Assembly (NCBI GenBank): GCA_028534125.1
Contig: CM052816.1
Span: 4,218,001 to 4,282,000 of the forward strand
Length of the DNA: 64,000 nt
Reading direction: 5' to 3'
Source of the DNA: Lama glama
Taxonomy: Eukaryota
The position numbers and the translations under genes are program-made. Positions 39,766 through 50,825 of the stretch are shown one piece after another. Position 1 is the first letter of the stretch; each line of letters opens with the position of its first letter. Under the pieces are notes generated by a model. That model was given only the letters and a program-made list of their open reading frames with translations, was not told the origin of the DNA and did not search any database.

Positions 39766-39954
39766 TGAATGATGTTGGCTATTTGTCTGTCTCCACAGAG
39801 CTTCTGCTTCTAAATTGTGCTTGCTCGCCAGTAGCTTTAGCTTGCCCATGGCTCATCATGGTTTTCCTAGCCTGCCGTATAACCATGATTAGGAAACTGT
39901 AATGTAAACAAGAGGGAGAGTTTCCTAAACATGCCTTTCCATCTATGTCACCCT

Positions 39955-40045
39955 TGACTCTAAAATCAGGAGGTGTGGACTGAGAATCTGCATTGTAATA
40001 CACATTCCAGTTGATCCTGCTACAGACTGTCCCTAAAATACGCTG
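39955..40045. mobile_element. MER5-type DNA transposon fragment
   Basis: aatcaggaggtgtggactgagaatctgcattgtaatacacattccagttgatcctg. Confidence 0.55.
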
Positions 40046-40869
40046 CTCTGTATCAAGAACTCTCAACATTTGGTCCCACAATGCTGATTACCTTCTTCTA
40101 TCAATATTTCTTAGCTCATGCTTCTGAGAGAGAAAGTCTGGCCCCAGTCCTCTTCGCAAGCCAGGTCCATCCAGTCTGTAGAATGGTTCAGGTGACGACT
40201 CTCTGTGCACCGGCCCTGAGATGTTTGGGCAAAGTGAGGAACAGAGTCTCCCAGTCCACACTGAGATGTCCCTGAAGTAGGGTCAGTGGTATGGTTTTAC
40301 TCACAAGAGGCTACGAGTGACAGGCAATGTATTTGATGCTGCAAGATCCCCGAGTAAGACTGCAGGTTCCTGGCTACCTTTCCAGGATTCCTTCCTCTAA
40401 CCACCCACCATTCAGAAGGTCTTTCTGACTTGACTCATCTTGTGAAAATAAGATCCAAGATTTAATGAATGTGTTTAAATTAACAATTCTCCTATCTAGG
40501 AGGTACAGACGTCTAATGAGTAATTGGAAGGCTGATTACTTAAATACCCGTATTCTCTTGTTAATCACTTCAATTACCACCTTCTGAATTTTCTATGCAG
40601 CAAAAACTCAAAGGATTCAACCTCTCCAGAGGACAGTAACAATTGTATGTGGGGCCCCGAACTTCTTTATAGAAACATTGTGTCTTAATGTACTAGAGTA
40701 GGTCTCATTTTTAGGGAAGAACCAAAAAAGCCCAAACTTCCAAAATTTACAAAGGAGAAGGGAATCATTCTTACTTCTAAAAATTAAGACTCAAAATATC
40801 TACCTTAAGAGTTTAATAGTCTCTCTGTAGGTGACTTCATTTGCTAGTTTCTTTCTGCATCCAGTGTTT

Positions 40870-41460
40870 ATGGCGGTCTAACATGGGCCAGGTACTCAGC
40901 TAGGAACACAAGATGCCTAAGAGAAGGTCTTTGCCTTCTAAGAACTCACAGCTTAGTGCTGGAGACAGATATGAAAAAAGGGTAAACATATACAATGGGA
41001 ATTAATGTACAAATGCATGAATGCAGTGTTACAAGACTAAAGAAGCCAGTCATTCTGCGATTAGAGGAGTTGGGAAAGAGAAAAGATAGGAGTCTGAACG
41101 GGCTCTGAGAGGACCAGCAAGGTAACCAGATGAGGAGGGTGAAGGTCTATGAAGACAGGCTCCACAGTCTGCGAAGGTGTAGAAATGAAGGGGAGAATCA
41201 ATGGTAAGACTGGATAATAAGGGTGGAGTTGGGAAGACTGTTGTGAAGGACCCATCTGTTTCACAGATGGGGAACCATTCAAAGCTTGTGATCTTTGGAG
41301 CGTTTTAGAACAACAACTCAAGAGGAGGCTAGAGGATGCGTTGAGTAGGAGAAGCTGGGGGCAGGGAGACCAGATAGGATGTGCCTTAGGATCACTAGAG
41401 AGATCTGCAGAAATTGAGACGGAGAGGCAGGAACTATTCCAGAGACAAAATGGACTGAAT
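40870..41460 (-). mobile_element. L2 LINE fragment
   Basis: tgccttctaagaactcacagcttagt...ggagacaga; gatggggaaccattcaaag; ggggcagggagaccagataggatg. Confidence 0.75.
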
Positions 41461-41479
41461 TTTCCTACTGAGTCTCATA

Positions 41480-41735
41480 GTTGTTAATAACATGAGCTTT
41501 GGGGTCAGATGCCCCTGAACATAAACTGCGGCCCCGCCACCCACTAACTGTATGATGTTACACAAGTTATCTCATCACTCTGAGCTTCACTTTCATCTTT
41601 GAAATGAAGATCATGTTACTGAGAGGATTAAATAAGCTAATGGAGGAAAGCACTTAGTATAAATTAATGCCTAACATATAATAAATGCTTAGCATTCAAC
41701 AAATGCAGGCATTTTTACTATCATTATTATTACAA
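41480..41735 (+). mobile_element. MIR SINE, near full length
   Basis: catgagctttggggtcagatgcc...ccactaactgtatgatg...gagaggattaaataagctaatg...aaagcacttag. Confidence 0.85.
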
Positions 41736-41849
41736 ATATTATAATGAATAATGGATGGAGAGAGATGGCAGAGAAGGGCACCAGAAATAACTAGCTAACC
41801 TGGAAGTCTAATAAATCATAACACCATTAATGCAGATGGGCAGTAACGG

Positions 41850-42062
41850 AAACAGCTAGCATTTACTCAGAGTTTAACACATGCCAGGCAGTCTTCTAAG
41901 AGGTTCACATATGCAATCTCCTTTCATCCTTAGAAGAATTCCAGGTATTATTTTCCACCATTCAGAGAGGCAAAAACTGAAGCACAGTGAAGGTGAATAG
42001 CTTGAATCACAAAGCTAGTAAGTAAAGGAACACAGACATTTTGATTCAAGAGCCTGCATTTG
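41850..42062 (-). mobile_element. MIR SINE
   Basis: agcatttactcagagtttaacacatgccaggc...aaaactgaagcacag...tcacaaagctagtaagt. Confidence 0.85.
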
Positions 42063-42902
42063 CACAGAGAAGGCAAGGGAAGTTCTGGGATGGGGTGAAG
42101 GGACCTTGGTGTGGGGAGACAGGTATCATTCGCTAGTCTGAGTTTAACATGCTCAGAGAACCTGAAATGGAGTAATGTGGTAGTAAAGTTGGAAATGCAG
42201 CTATGTTCATAAATCATTTTTCTACTCAAAAGAAAGACCAAGGAACAGGGAACCTGGGACAGCAAAGCATGAAGAGCTATTGGTAGCAGAAGATTAATCA
42301 GAAAGGCAGAAGTGTTTCGGAAATTACTTTGCAAGGCAGAGAGAAAATACGACTGGAATAATACAAGTTTTATTTCCCTGCAAACTTCTCAGGAAGCAGG
42401 AAGCGATCCACATGTGAAGGAGAGAGGCACCTGTAACCTCCATTCTCCCAACACTCACATCCCCTGTGTCCCCGTGAGATTCACAGTTGAAGCTGTAGTG
42501 TAGTTCCTTGAGCAGCACTGTCTCAATGAAACAAAAAGGAAACCAGGACATTTCCTGTTGGGACTTCCCATCAGGAGATTTCAGATGGCAGACAAAGGAG
42601 GAATGTGGCTTCCTTGCCAAGGGCTTCACCAGGCCTTCTGGGAAACCTGCAGCCAGCATGCTCTGTCTAGCTCTAAATGACAGAGCTCACTTGGCAGCCA
42701 CTTCTAAGGGGAACATCTCGAATCAATGAGCCCTCCTACTGAGTGCTCCCTGACAGCGCATTCACAGAAGCCGGCAGGGAAGGTGGAGTCTCAGCGGCTG
42801 GTCTAGAAAGCTTGTCTGATGAAGCCCTCCCCATATTCAACTTGTTACTATTCTTTAATGCCGAAGCATTTTCTACCCATCTTCAGCGTAAGAGCATCCT
42901 TT

Positions 42903-43409
42903 TGTAACTACCCTGGGTATCTGGGTACAGAGCAGAGAACATCGGGGTAACCTGTCTGACCCTTTCTAAGGCTGCACATATGCACACACAACACTCCCCC
43001 ACTGCCTACCAACACATACACACACACTCCTTCCTCTGTAGTCAAGTTTGTGCCAAATGAACCCAATCCTCATAATCATTGGACAAGGGATAGACATGTG
43101 ACCCAAATTCCACCAATCACATTCCCTCATCAGGGAATTTAGAATTTCTGGATGGTCTCAGCTGATATCATCTGGGAGCTAAAACACCATTTTGGGGAAC
43201 GTCTTTTTGCTGTTGAAAGACTGATACAGAAAGCAGACATAGGGAACTCCAGATCCTCCTCCTCGCTCCTTCTAAGACCTAGCTGGACTTCCAGCTTCAA
43301 AATTCTATGAACTAATTCTGTATTTTTTCTAATAAGTTACCTCTTTTTGGATTAAACTAGTCAGAATCAGTATCTGTTACGTGTAACCTAAACAGTCTCC
43401 ATGAAAACA
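42903..43409 (+). mobile_element. Old MaLR (MLT1) LTR
   Basis: ggatagacatgtgacccaaattccaccaatcac; taataagttacctctttttggattaaactagtcagaatcagtatctgttac. Confidence 0.65.
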
Positions 43410-44552
43410 TGCAATAAAGGAATTTATATAAATGCAAATACTGCTGGAAATTTCACTCTCCAGAAGCCCAAGATAAGGCAGAAGTGAGCCCTTTCTCTCT
43501 GTAATAAATTTTCTGGCAAAAATAACAATGACGATGATAAACAGAGTTGCTTATACTTTTAACTTTTCCAAGTGTGCATACTAGTTTCTGTTTTTTAATC
43601 AGGAATATTGTTACAGCATTTCAGACCCTTCTCATAGATGGTAAAATTGAAGCACAGAAAAATACCCTCATTCATCCTATTTCTTCTGCTTTCCTGGATC
43701 TTCCACACAGTCATGTTTCGGATAATTGGTGTGAAATTTTATAGTGTTATTTGAGATGGATGGATCATTGATTATGAAAGGCTAATCATCACTTGATTTT
43801 TTTTTTAAGTCACACAGCTAAATTCCTCTGAACCTGCTTACAATGAAAATAACATACTCAACTCTTCCTTTTGGAGAGTGCTTGTTCATATTGTCAAACA
43901 CCAGAGCTGGCATTTAATATGCAAGATTACTGGCTGTACAGAGGTCAAGTATGGAAAATAAGCATTCTGCTCATAACATACCTGCAAGAGCACAGGAATG
44001 TATGCACCTACGATCCCTAGTACTTTTCACCTCTAGACACAGTGCCGTACCTCTGAGCTCAGTAATTCCTTATGTTTTCAAGTAGGTTCTCTCCACCCAC
44101 TCACTGCCCTTCTCCACTCCACCCCGCCCACTTCTCTGGGCTTTCATGACACCTGATTTTTTTATGCTTCCTCATATCTCAACAAACATCATATTATCTT
44201 AACATCTATGGCTATACTAGGCTATAATAATACTAGGTTGCTGAGGGCAGGAAATTTATCCTTTGTCTTTATATTCTCAGCACTGAGTACAATGTCTAGT
44301 ACATAAGCAATTATTAACCATTTGCTGGATGGGAAAAAGTGAGCATGTATCTCAGGTATAAAAGGGCATGTCACTGCAGACTTTGTGGGTATTGATTTGT
44401 GTTTATTAACTAATTACTTGCCCTTCCACCCATGACATGCATTTATGCTCAAAGCTATGGGGAGGAGAAAGTTGGGAAAAAAGCAAAGACATTATTATTG
44501 CTCTGATGAAAGTTACACTGAAAGTCCTTATACAAAACACGTCAGGACTACT

Positions 44553-44830
44553 TCTCCAGCTTTACTGAGCTACGCTCGACAAATAAAAATTGTACATATT
44601 TAAGGTGTACACCATGATGTTTTGATAAATACATATACTAAGCAATGATCACCACAATCAAGCTAATCAACGTGTGCATCACTTCACACAATACCCCTTT
44701 TATGTAGGTGTATGGGATACACTATCTCAGAAAATTTCAAATGTACATTATCATTCACAACAGTCACCAGGCTGCACATTACACCTCCAGAACTTGCTCA
44801 GCTTATAACTGGAAGTCTGGACCCTTCGAC
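44553..44830 (-). mobile_element. L1MA-type 3' end with degenerate 16-bp TSD
   Basis: aaataaaaattgtacatatttaaggtgtac...ccacaatcaagctaat...ctccagaacttgctcagcttataactgg; TSD ACACGTCAGGACTACT 44537-44552 / ACAGGTCATGACTACT 44831-44846. Confidence 0.9.
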
Positions 44831-44859
44831 ACAGGTCATGACTACTGCCATCATCATCA

Positions 44860-45085
44860 TCCTTAACCTATTTACAGATCATTTATTATACATCAGGCCT
44901 TCTGTTATGTTCTTTATACACATTATTTCATTTAATTATCACAAGCCCTTTGGAGGGAAGGGCTATTCCTAGTCCCATTTTACAGATTAAGGAAGAGAGG
45001 CTCACTGGCTCAAGATCACAGCTAAGAAGTGGTGGAACGGAATCCTGAACTCAAGTCAGCCTATCTCTAGAGTTAATACCTAACT
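44860..45085 (-). mobile_element. MIR SINE
   Basis: tttcatttaattatcacaagccc...cccattttacagattaaggaa...caagatcacagctaagaagtgg. Confidence 0.85.
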
Positions 45086-45949
45086 AGATGCCAGAAAGAA
45101 CTCTACCAAGGGTACAGACTACAGGGAAGGGAGACAGGGATGAGGAAGGATTAAAAAATAAATAAATAAAAATAAAAAACTTTTGATAAATCTCAGAATA
45201 TTCCAACCTGAGCATCCTTACTTGGACACAGGCGTACACTGTAAAACTGCAGAACTTCTAAGAAATCTTTCTTAAGAAAAGCCCTTAAGTAACAGTACAG
45301 AACAGTTTTTATAGAAGTTGAAAGCTTGATGATGAGCCAAATTTACAGCCGAAGGTTAAATTGGAAGGCTCCCAGGCATCGTGGCAGAGAACGGGGCAGG
45401 CCTTGTGTAGGATTTATGGTTCCTGAGGACAGCAGCAGCCCCGGCACCACTAATCAGATCATACATCAGCAGAGTGATTACTGTTGACTCTTTCAGACAC
45501 ACAGAAAGACAAACAAGTGGCCTGAAAGTAAACGAAAGCAGTGTCTCTCAAGCTTCCTCATCTCACACGGGAGAGCTATGAATCACCTTGGGAGAGGATT
45601 CATCATCTTATGTGTCACTTGGGTCATAACAGAGGTGTTAAGTTGTGTGCAAGATAGCTTATATCAGAGATACAAAAGGAAGAAGCCAAGAAGAATAGGG
45701 CAAGCACAACATTCAAACACGATTAGTGAGAATGAATTCCCTTTACGGGCACATTTATGTACACGATGTAATTGGGGAGAGCACTGAATTGAGAGTCGAG
45801 AAATCCTAATTCCAGTCCCAGTTCTGCCATTAATTATCCTGTAGGAGTTTGCTGAATTTCCCCATTTATCAAATAAGTGGGGGGGGTGATGAATCCCTTA
45901 GTTCTCAATTTTTTTAATGGGTATTGATTACAGGTGGAAACATTTATGG

Positions 45950-46110
45950 AAATTCTTTAGACTGAAAGTCAGGACACTTGGATTTTTGTCTGACTGTCCA
46001 GTTGAGAAAGTCCCTTCCCCACTCCGAGCCTCAGCTTCCCCATCTCTAAAATAAAGACATTTGATTAAATGGTCTCCAAAACCTCCTTCGGGTTCAGAGG
46101 TCTTTGAATC
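45950..46110 (+). mobile_element. MIR3-like SINE
   Basis: ccgagcctcagcttccccatctctaaaataaag...gattaaatggtctccaaaacctccttc. Confidence 0.75.
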
Positions 46111-46780
46111 CGTATTTTCTTAATCCCACATGACTAACTTAGGGCAATAACAAAGGTGATCTTTGCCAGGAATCACGCCTGTTCACCCAGGAGTCAAATA
46201 CAAGGAAAATTCTGGAATAAGAACAGCAGAAGGATAGATCGGGTTCCGATAATACTAACAAATCCATGTCCTTATCCGCAGGGGAAATGTATGGGCCAGA
46301 TTTATACAGGCAGAAACAGAGAGAACATTTCCAAAACTTCCCTGGTGAGAATACAGATGCAAATGCAGGTTTGCTGGCTGGAGTTCAGCTGCATCGAGTC
46401 ACAAGGTCAGAACTGCTGGTAAAACTGTGTAGGGGCAAACTCAGGCATAATGACAATGTAAATCATAACACTTCTTTATCCCACCAGCTCCCCTCCCATA
46501 ACATGGTGCCTTGAAATTGTGTGTGTGTGATATCTCTGATTGACAGGTTTTGGCAGTGCTCTGTGACACACACCAAGGGAGCTATGTGTTAAAGTATCAA
46601 AGTGAATTTTCAAACAGCCTATTAGGTAGCAAAATTCAAGACTTCTGCACATACCACCATCTCCATGTCTGTGGGAAACTCCAACCACCTGATAGTTAAG
46701 TCAGAGCAATAGCTACTAAGACAGTTTTAATTTCAAAAATAACCTTTCTAAGCATTTTTAAAGCATGGTATCACTGGAAA

Positions 46781-47278
46781 TGAGACAGGAGGGAAGGGGG
46801 AAGGGCAGAACCACTGAAAGAATGATGCAGCAGTTGAGGACAGGACAAACTGGTTAGAACCAAGATGGCAGAAGATTCAGCTTACAGTAGACCTTGATCC
46901 TCATGGCACATCCACAGACACCATGACAGTTCCTAGGCTGATCACAGAAGGTCAAAAGGGTGAGGGGCCCAATTCCTGGAATTCCCAGCCCCTTTCCCAA
47001 AATAGTTAGAATAATCCTCCTACTCATTAGCATATACATTAACTAGTCCATAGAAATGAACAACCCCCACACCTCATGGTCACTCTCTCTCCTGCCTTTT
47101 GAGATGGCCCACATGCTGCTCATGGAATGTGTGTCTCCTAAGCTGCTCTGCCTTCTGACTGAGATGGACCGCACTCTGTCCATGGAGTGTGTACCTCTCT
47201 AAATAAACTTGACTTCATTTACTATACCTCACGCTTGAATTCTTCCTGCATGAGACAAGAACCTATTCCCCGGGAACA
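46781..47278 (+). mobile_element. ERV1 solo LTR, MER41-like (copy 1)
   Basis: TG...CA ends, 4-bp TSD GAAA on both sides, ccatgacagtt, gaataatcctcctactcattagcatat, aataaac, cttgaattcttcctgcatgagacaagaacc. Confidence 0.85.
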
Positions 47279-47299
47279 GAAACTTCAGAGGCATAGCAT

Positions 47300-47525
47300 A
47301 TATGGAGATTTCTCTGGGCCATGCAGGGCGCTAAGCACTTTCTTGGCATGTTCACATTACATCCTCACAACCACCTACAGGGTAGCTGTGAACTTATTCC
47401 CATTCTAAAGGTAAGAAGACAGAAACCCAAAGGTTAAGTTCTTTGCCCCAGGTCACACATACATTCAGCAGCAGGGCTGGCACCTGAACTGAGGTGCAGT
47501 TAACTTCAGAGCTCTTAAATCCTGC
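47300..47525 (-). mobile_element. MIR SINE
   Basis: gctaagcactttc...atcctcacaaccacc...ggttaagttctttgccccaggtcacac. Confidence 0.85.
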
Positions 47526-47830
47526 ATGGCTGCTCTTCTTCTGGAATGCCTATAGTTCTGCCGTTGACTTGCTAGACAAACAAGGACGTCTTATGCAAAA
47601 CTCCCCAATTCAGCTTTTCCAGCTAGAAAATGGCAACAAATACAACAATAAACCTCTTTGTGTTTCCTACTATAATGGACAACATAAAATACAAAAATTT
47701 AAACGAAACCAGACAATGGAATGCCTATGAGAGTAGAAGGAAGCTAGTTTCCATGTTCATACCTGAGTCTTCCAATCCATCAATCTGTTAAAACAACCGC
47801 CTTATTTTACAGAATTGTGGTGAGGATGAC

Positions 47831-48029
47831 TTTTTTTTTCATTTTTTATTGATTTATAATCATTTTACAATGTTGTGTCAAATTCCAGTGTTCAGCACAA
47901 TTCCTCAGTCATTCATGGACATACACACACTCACTGTCACATTTTTTTCTCTGTGAGTTATCATAACATTTTGTGTATATTTCCCTGTGCTATACAGTAC
48001 AATCTTGTCTATCTATTCTACAATTTTGA
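47831..48029 (-). mobile_element. Young camelid-type L1 3' end running into the assembly gap
   Basis: T-tail then ttttattgatttataatcattttacaatgttgtgtcaaattccagtgttcagcac; same family as 3143-3241. Confidence 0.9.
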
Positions 48030-48529
48030 NNNNNNNNNNNNNNNNNNNNNNNNNNNNNNNNNNNNNNNNNNNNNNNNNNNNNNNNNNNNNNNNNNNNNNN
48101 NNNNNNNNNNNNNNNNNNNNNNNNNNNNNNNNNNNNNNNNNNNNNNNNNNNNNNNNNNNNNNNNNNNNNNNNNNNNNNNNNNNNNNNNNNNNNNNNNNNN
48201 NNNNNNNNNNNNNNNNNNNNNNNNNNNNNNNNNNNNNNNNNNNNNNNNNNNNNNNNNNNNNNNNNNNNNNNNNNNNNNNNNNNNNNNNNNNNNNNNNNNN
48301 NNNNNNNNNNNNNNNNNNNNNNNNNNNNNNNNNNNNNNNNNNNNNNNNNNNNNNNNNNNNNNNNNNNNNNNNNNNNNNNNNNNNNNNNNNNNNNNNNNNN
48401 NNNNNNNNNNNNNNNNNNNNNNNNNNNNNNNNNNNNNNNNNNNNNNNNNNNNNNNNNNNNNNNNNNNNNNNNNNNNNNNNNNNNNNNNNNNNNNNNNNNN
48501 NNNNNNNNNNNNNNNNNNNNNNNNNNNNN
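48030..48529. other. Assembly gap (500 N)
   Basis: run of N; the round length suggests a placeholder size. Confidence 0.99.
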
Positions 48530-48730
48530 GCATGAAGAATCACACAAAATGAGCAGCTGACAGTCTAGAAACACAGTTTGCTGTCTGATATCATTAATTA
48601 AAGACATGCCTTGGCCATGCTTTTAACTTTGAAGTTTATACATAATAAGACAGTTGGTCTTTAGAATGAAAAAAAAAAGTATAGATTTTTGTCTAAAAAC
48701 CAGGTAATTTCTACAGCAGTAAAGGAAAAA

Positions 48731-49363
48731 TGAGACAGCAAGGAAGGGGGCAGGGCACAGCCATTAAAGGAATGACATGGCAATTAGCACCAAGATAGCG
48801 AAAAGTCAACTCCCAACAGACGTGGAGGCCGAAAACGGCAGGAGATTTGACTTCCAATGGCCCTTGAGCTTCATTATATACACTGTAATATATTAGCATG
48901 GCGAATGACACACCCACAGGCGCCAAGACAGTTTCTATGCTAACCATGAAAGGTCAAAGAGAGGGCTGTGGCCCTATTACTAGGAATCCCCGCCCCTTCC
49001 CCAAAGCAGTCGGAATAACCCTCCCACCTGTTAACATGTAAAAACTAGCAACACTGCACCTCATGCCTTGAGGCCTCTCGCTGCCTCGCCTTTGGAGATA
49101 GCCCACACTCTGTCTGTGGAGTGTGTATCTAATTTCACTTTAAACTAAGCACCCAACCCCGCATCTCTTGGCCTTTCTTTTGCCTTCCAAGACTACTCTA
49201 AATAAACCTACTTTTGCTTAACTATGGCTCACTCCTGAATTCTTTCCTGTGCAAAGCCAAGAACACTTACTTGGGGGAGGGGGACCCAGGGACTCAACCA
49301 AGACTTGGGACATGGCCATCCTCTCACAGCACGCCCCCTCCCCCATTTTTTTTTCCTGTATCA
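48731..49363 (+). mobile_element. ERV1 solo LTR, MER41-like (copy 2, probably a different subfamily)
   Basis: tgagacag start shared with copy 1, ends tgtatCA; tattagcatg...cacccacaggcgccaagacagttt, aataaacc, ctgaattctttcctgtgcaaagccaagaac; flanks AAAA/GAAA. Confidence 0.85.
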
Positions 49364-49778
49364 GAAATACTGGTCAATTCAGTCTGTTTAGTCTCCAGTC
49401 CCAAATACTAAGTTTTGCATCTGTGGTAACTGAAAATAGCTATTTCCTTTTGAGTACTGATAGTATTTTCACTCTGCTGTGTGACATACAAAATTTATCA
49501 ATCTTAAACTTGGTTATAAAACTGCAACCTCATTTTATTTGTTAGTGGGCACAAATAAACCAAAACCAAGTCAAACTTGCTAGAAGAAACAAAAAGTAAC
49601 ATGATCTTCAGCTTAAAACATAAAACAAGACTCAGTTTTGAACCTGCCTCTTGCGTCCTCAAAAGTAACAGAGTCCGGTTTTACATACGTATTCATGTGA
49701 CTATTTTAAATCTTTCTGACCTGAAAATAGCACCCACAATTTACATGGGTTAACAAGAATCTGAGCCCCATGCAACAC

Positions 49779-50364
49779 TGTGACAGACACCACTGGCTGG
49801 CAAATTTCACAGTCATTTCTCCCTTTCTTTCTTGCTAAGAGAATCCCAGTTTGTTCACCCTCCTTTAGATGGAGACACCCTTCAGGGATGCTGAATTAGT
49901 CCTCGCTGCAGGGGGAAATCTTGGTTATCCTAAGCCAGTCAGGGTGGTTTTGTTTTCCTTGCAGAGTAATTGCTTTAGGCGTGGACTTGTGATCCAATTT
50001 TGACCGGTAAAATATAAAGCAACATCTGTTTGGGGACTTCTAGAAATATCTTCCCATTCTGAATAAAGGAAAATGTTGGATGCTCCAATTTTCTAACTGG
50101 TCACTGTTTTCTGGTTGTGATGCTTTTAATTGCTTTGAACTTGGCAGCCCATACAAGAGGACAAGCCAGCATGCTAAGGATGGTAGACAGGAAAACAGAA
50201 AGAAACCAGGTCCATGACAAGTCACTTAACTGTTGAAACAACCAACCTTGGAATCTATCTCTAGACTTCTTATAGGATGAAATAATAAATATTCTTGTAG
50301 TTGGACTTTTTTTGTTTTTTAGTTTTTTCTGTTACTTGCAACCCAAAGTACCATAACTACTACA
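49779..50364 (+). mobile_element. MaLR LTR (old MLT1 type)
   Basis: tgtgacagacacc...catttctccctttctttcttgctaagagaatcccagtttgttca...ttttctgttacttgcaacccaaag...actactaca. Confidence 0.8.
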
Positions 50365-50639
50365 AACTTCCAACCCCTACACTAAAAATTTCAGTTCTGA
50401 CATAAACCCACTGATGAACATATACTGTCTTAAAATAATGCAGTCACCCACATTAATGGCTTCTTCTATGTTACATGGTTGGAGAGGGTACTGTATCGTA
50501 AGAGATACAGTGTTTTTGCAATTTTATCTTCTCTGCTAAACAGAAGGTGATGTTTACTCTGAGATATCAGGGAAGACAAATGGTATCAGAAGGGTGCGAT
50601 CTAACACGTAAGTTCTACATAATAACCCTTTTGGACAGT

Positions 50640-50825
50640 CATAATGCATGTTATATTCAAGGCTCTGAGAAGGCTTGTAGCAATAAAACCTGATTAACTT
50701 TATTGTACTTAATCAGAGGTTTGTTTCCCAACCTCATTTAATCACAGAATCCCTTTCTCTTCACATTAAACATATTAATTGATGCAGCAGAATGAATGAT
50801 CCACAGAACAACCTGAGACGCATTA
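50640..50825. mobile_element. hAT-Charlie-type DNA transposon fragment
   Basis: caaggctctgagaagg...aaacctgattaacttt...tttcccaacctcatttaatcacagaatccc. Confidence 0.55.

Noticed and set aside
47875..48607. Longest ORFs in the track (171-225 aa)
   Set aside because: Poly-X translations of the 500-N gap; artefacts.
46781..49363. The two MER41-like LTRs as the ends of one provirus
   Set aside because: Copy 1 has its own TSD, the LTRs differ greatly in length and sequence, and the interior is MIR/L1/host DNA with no visible PBS, gag or pol.
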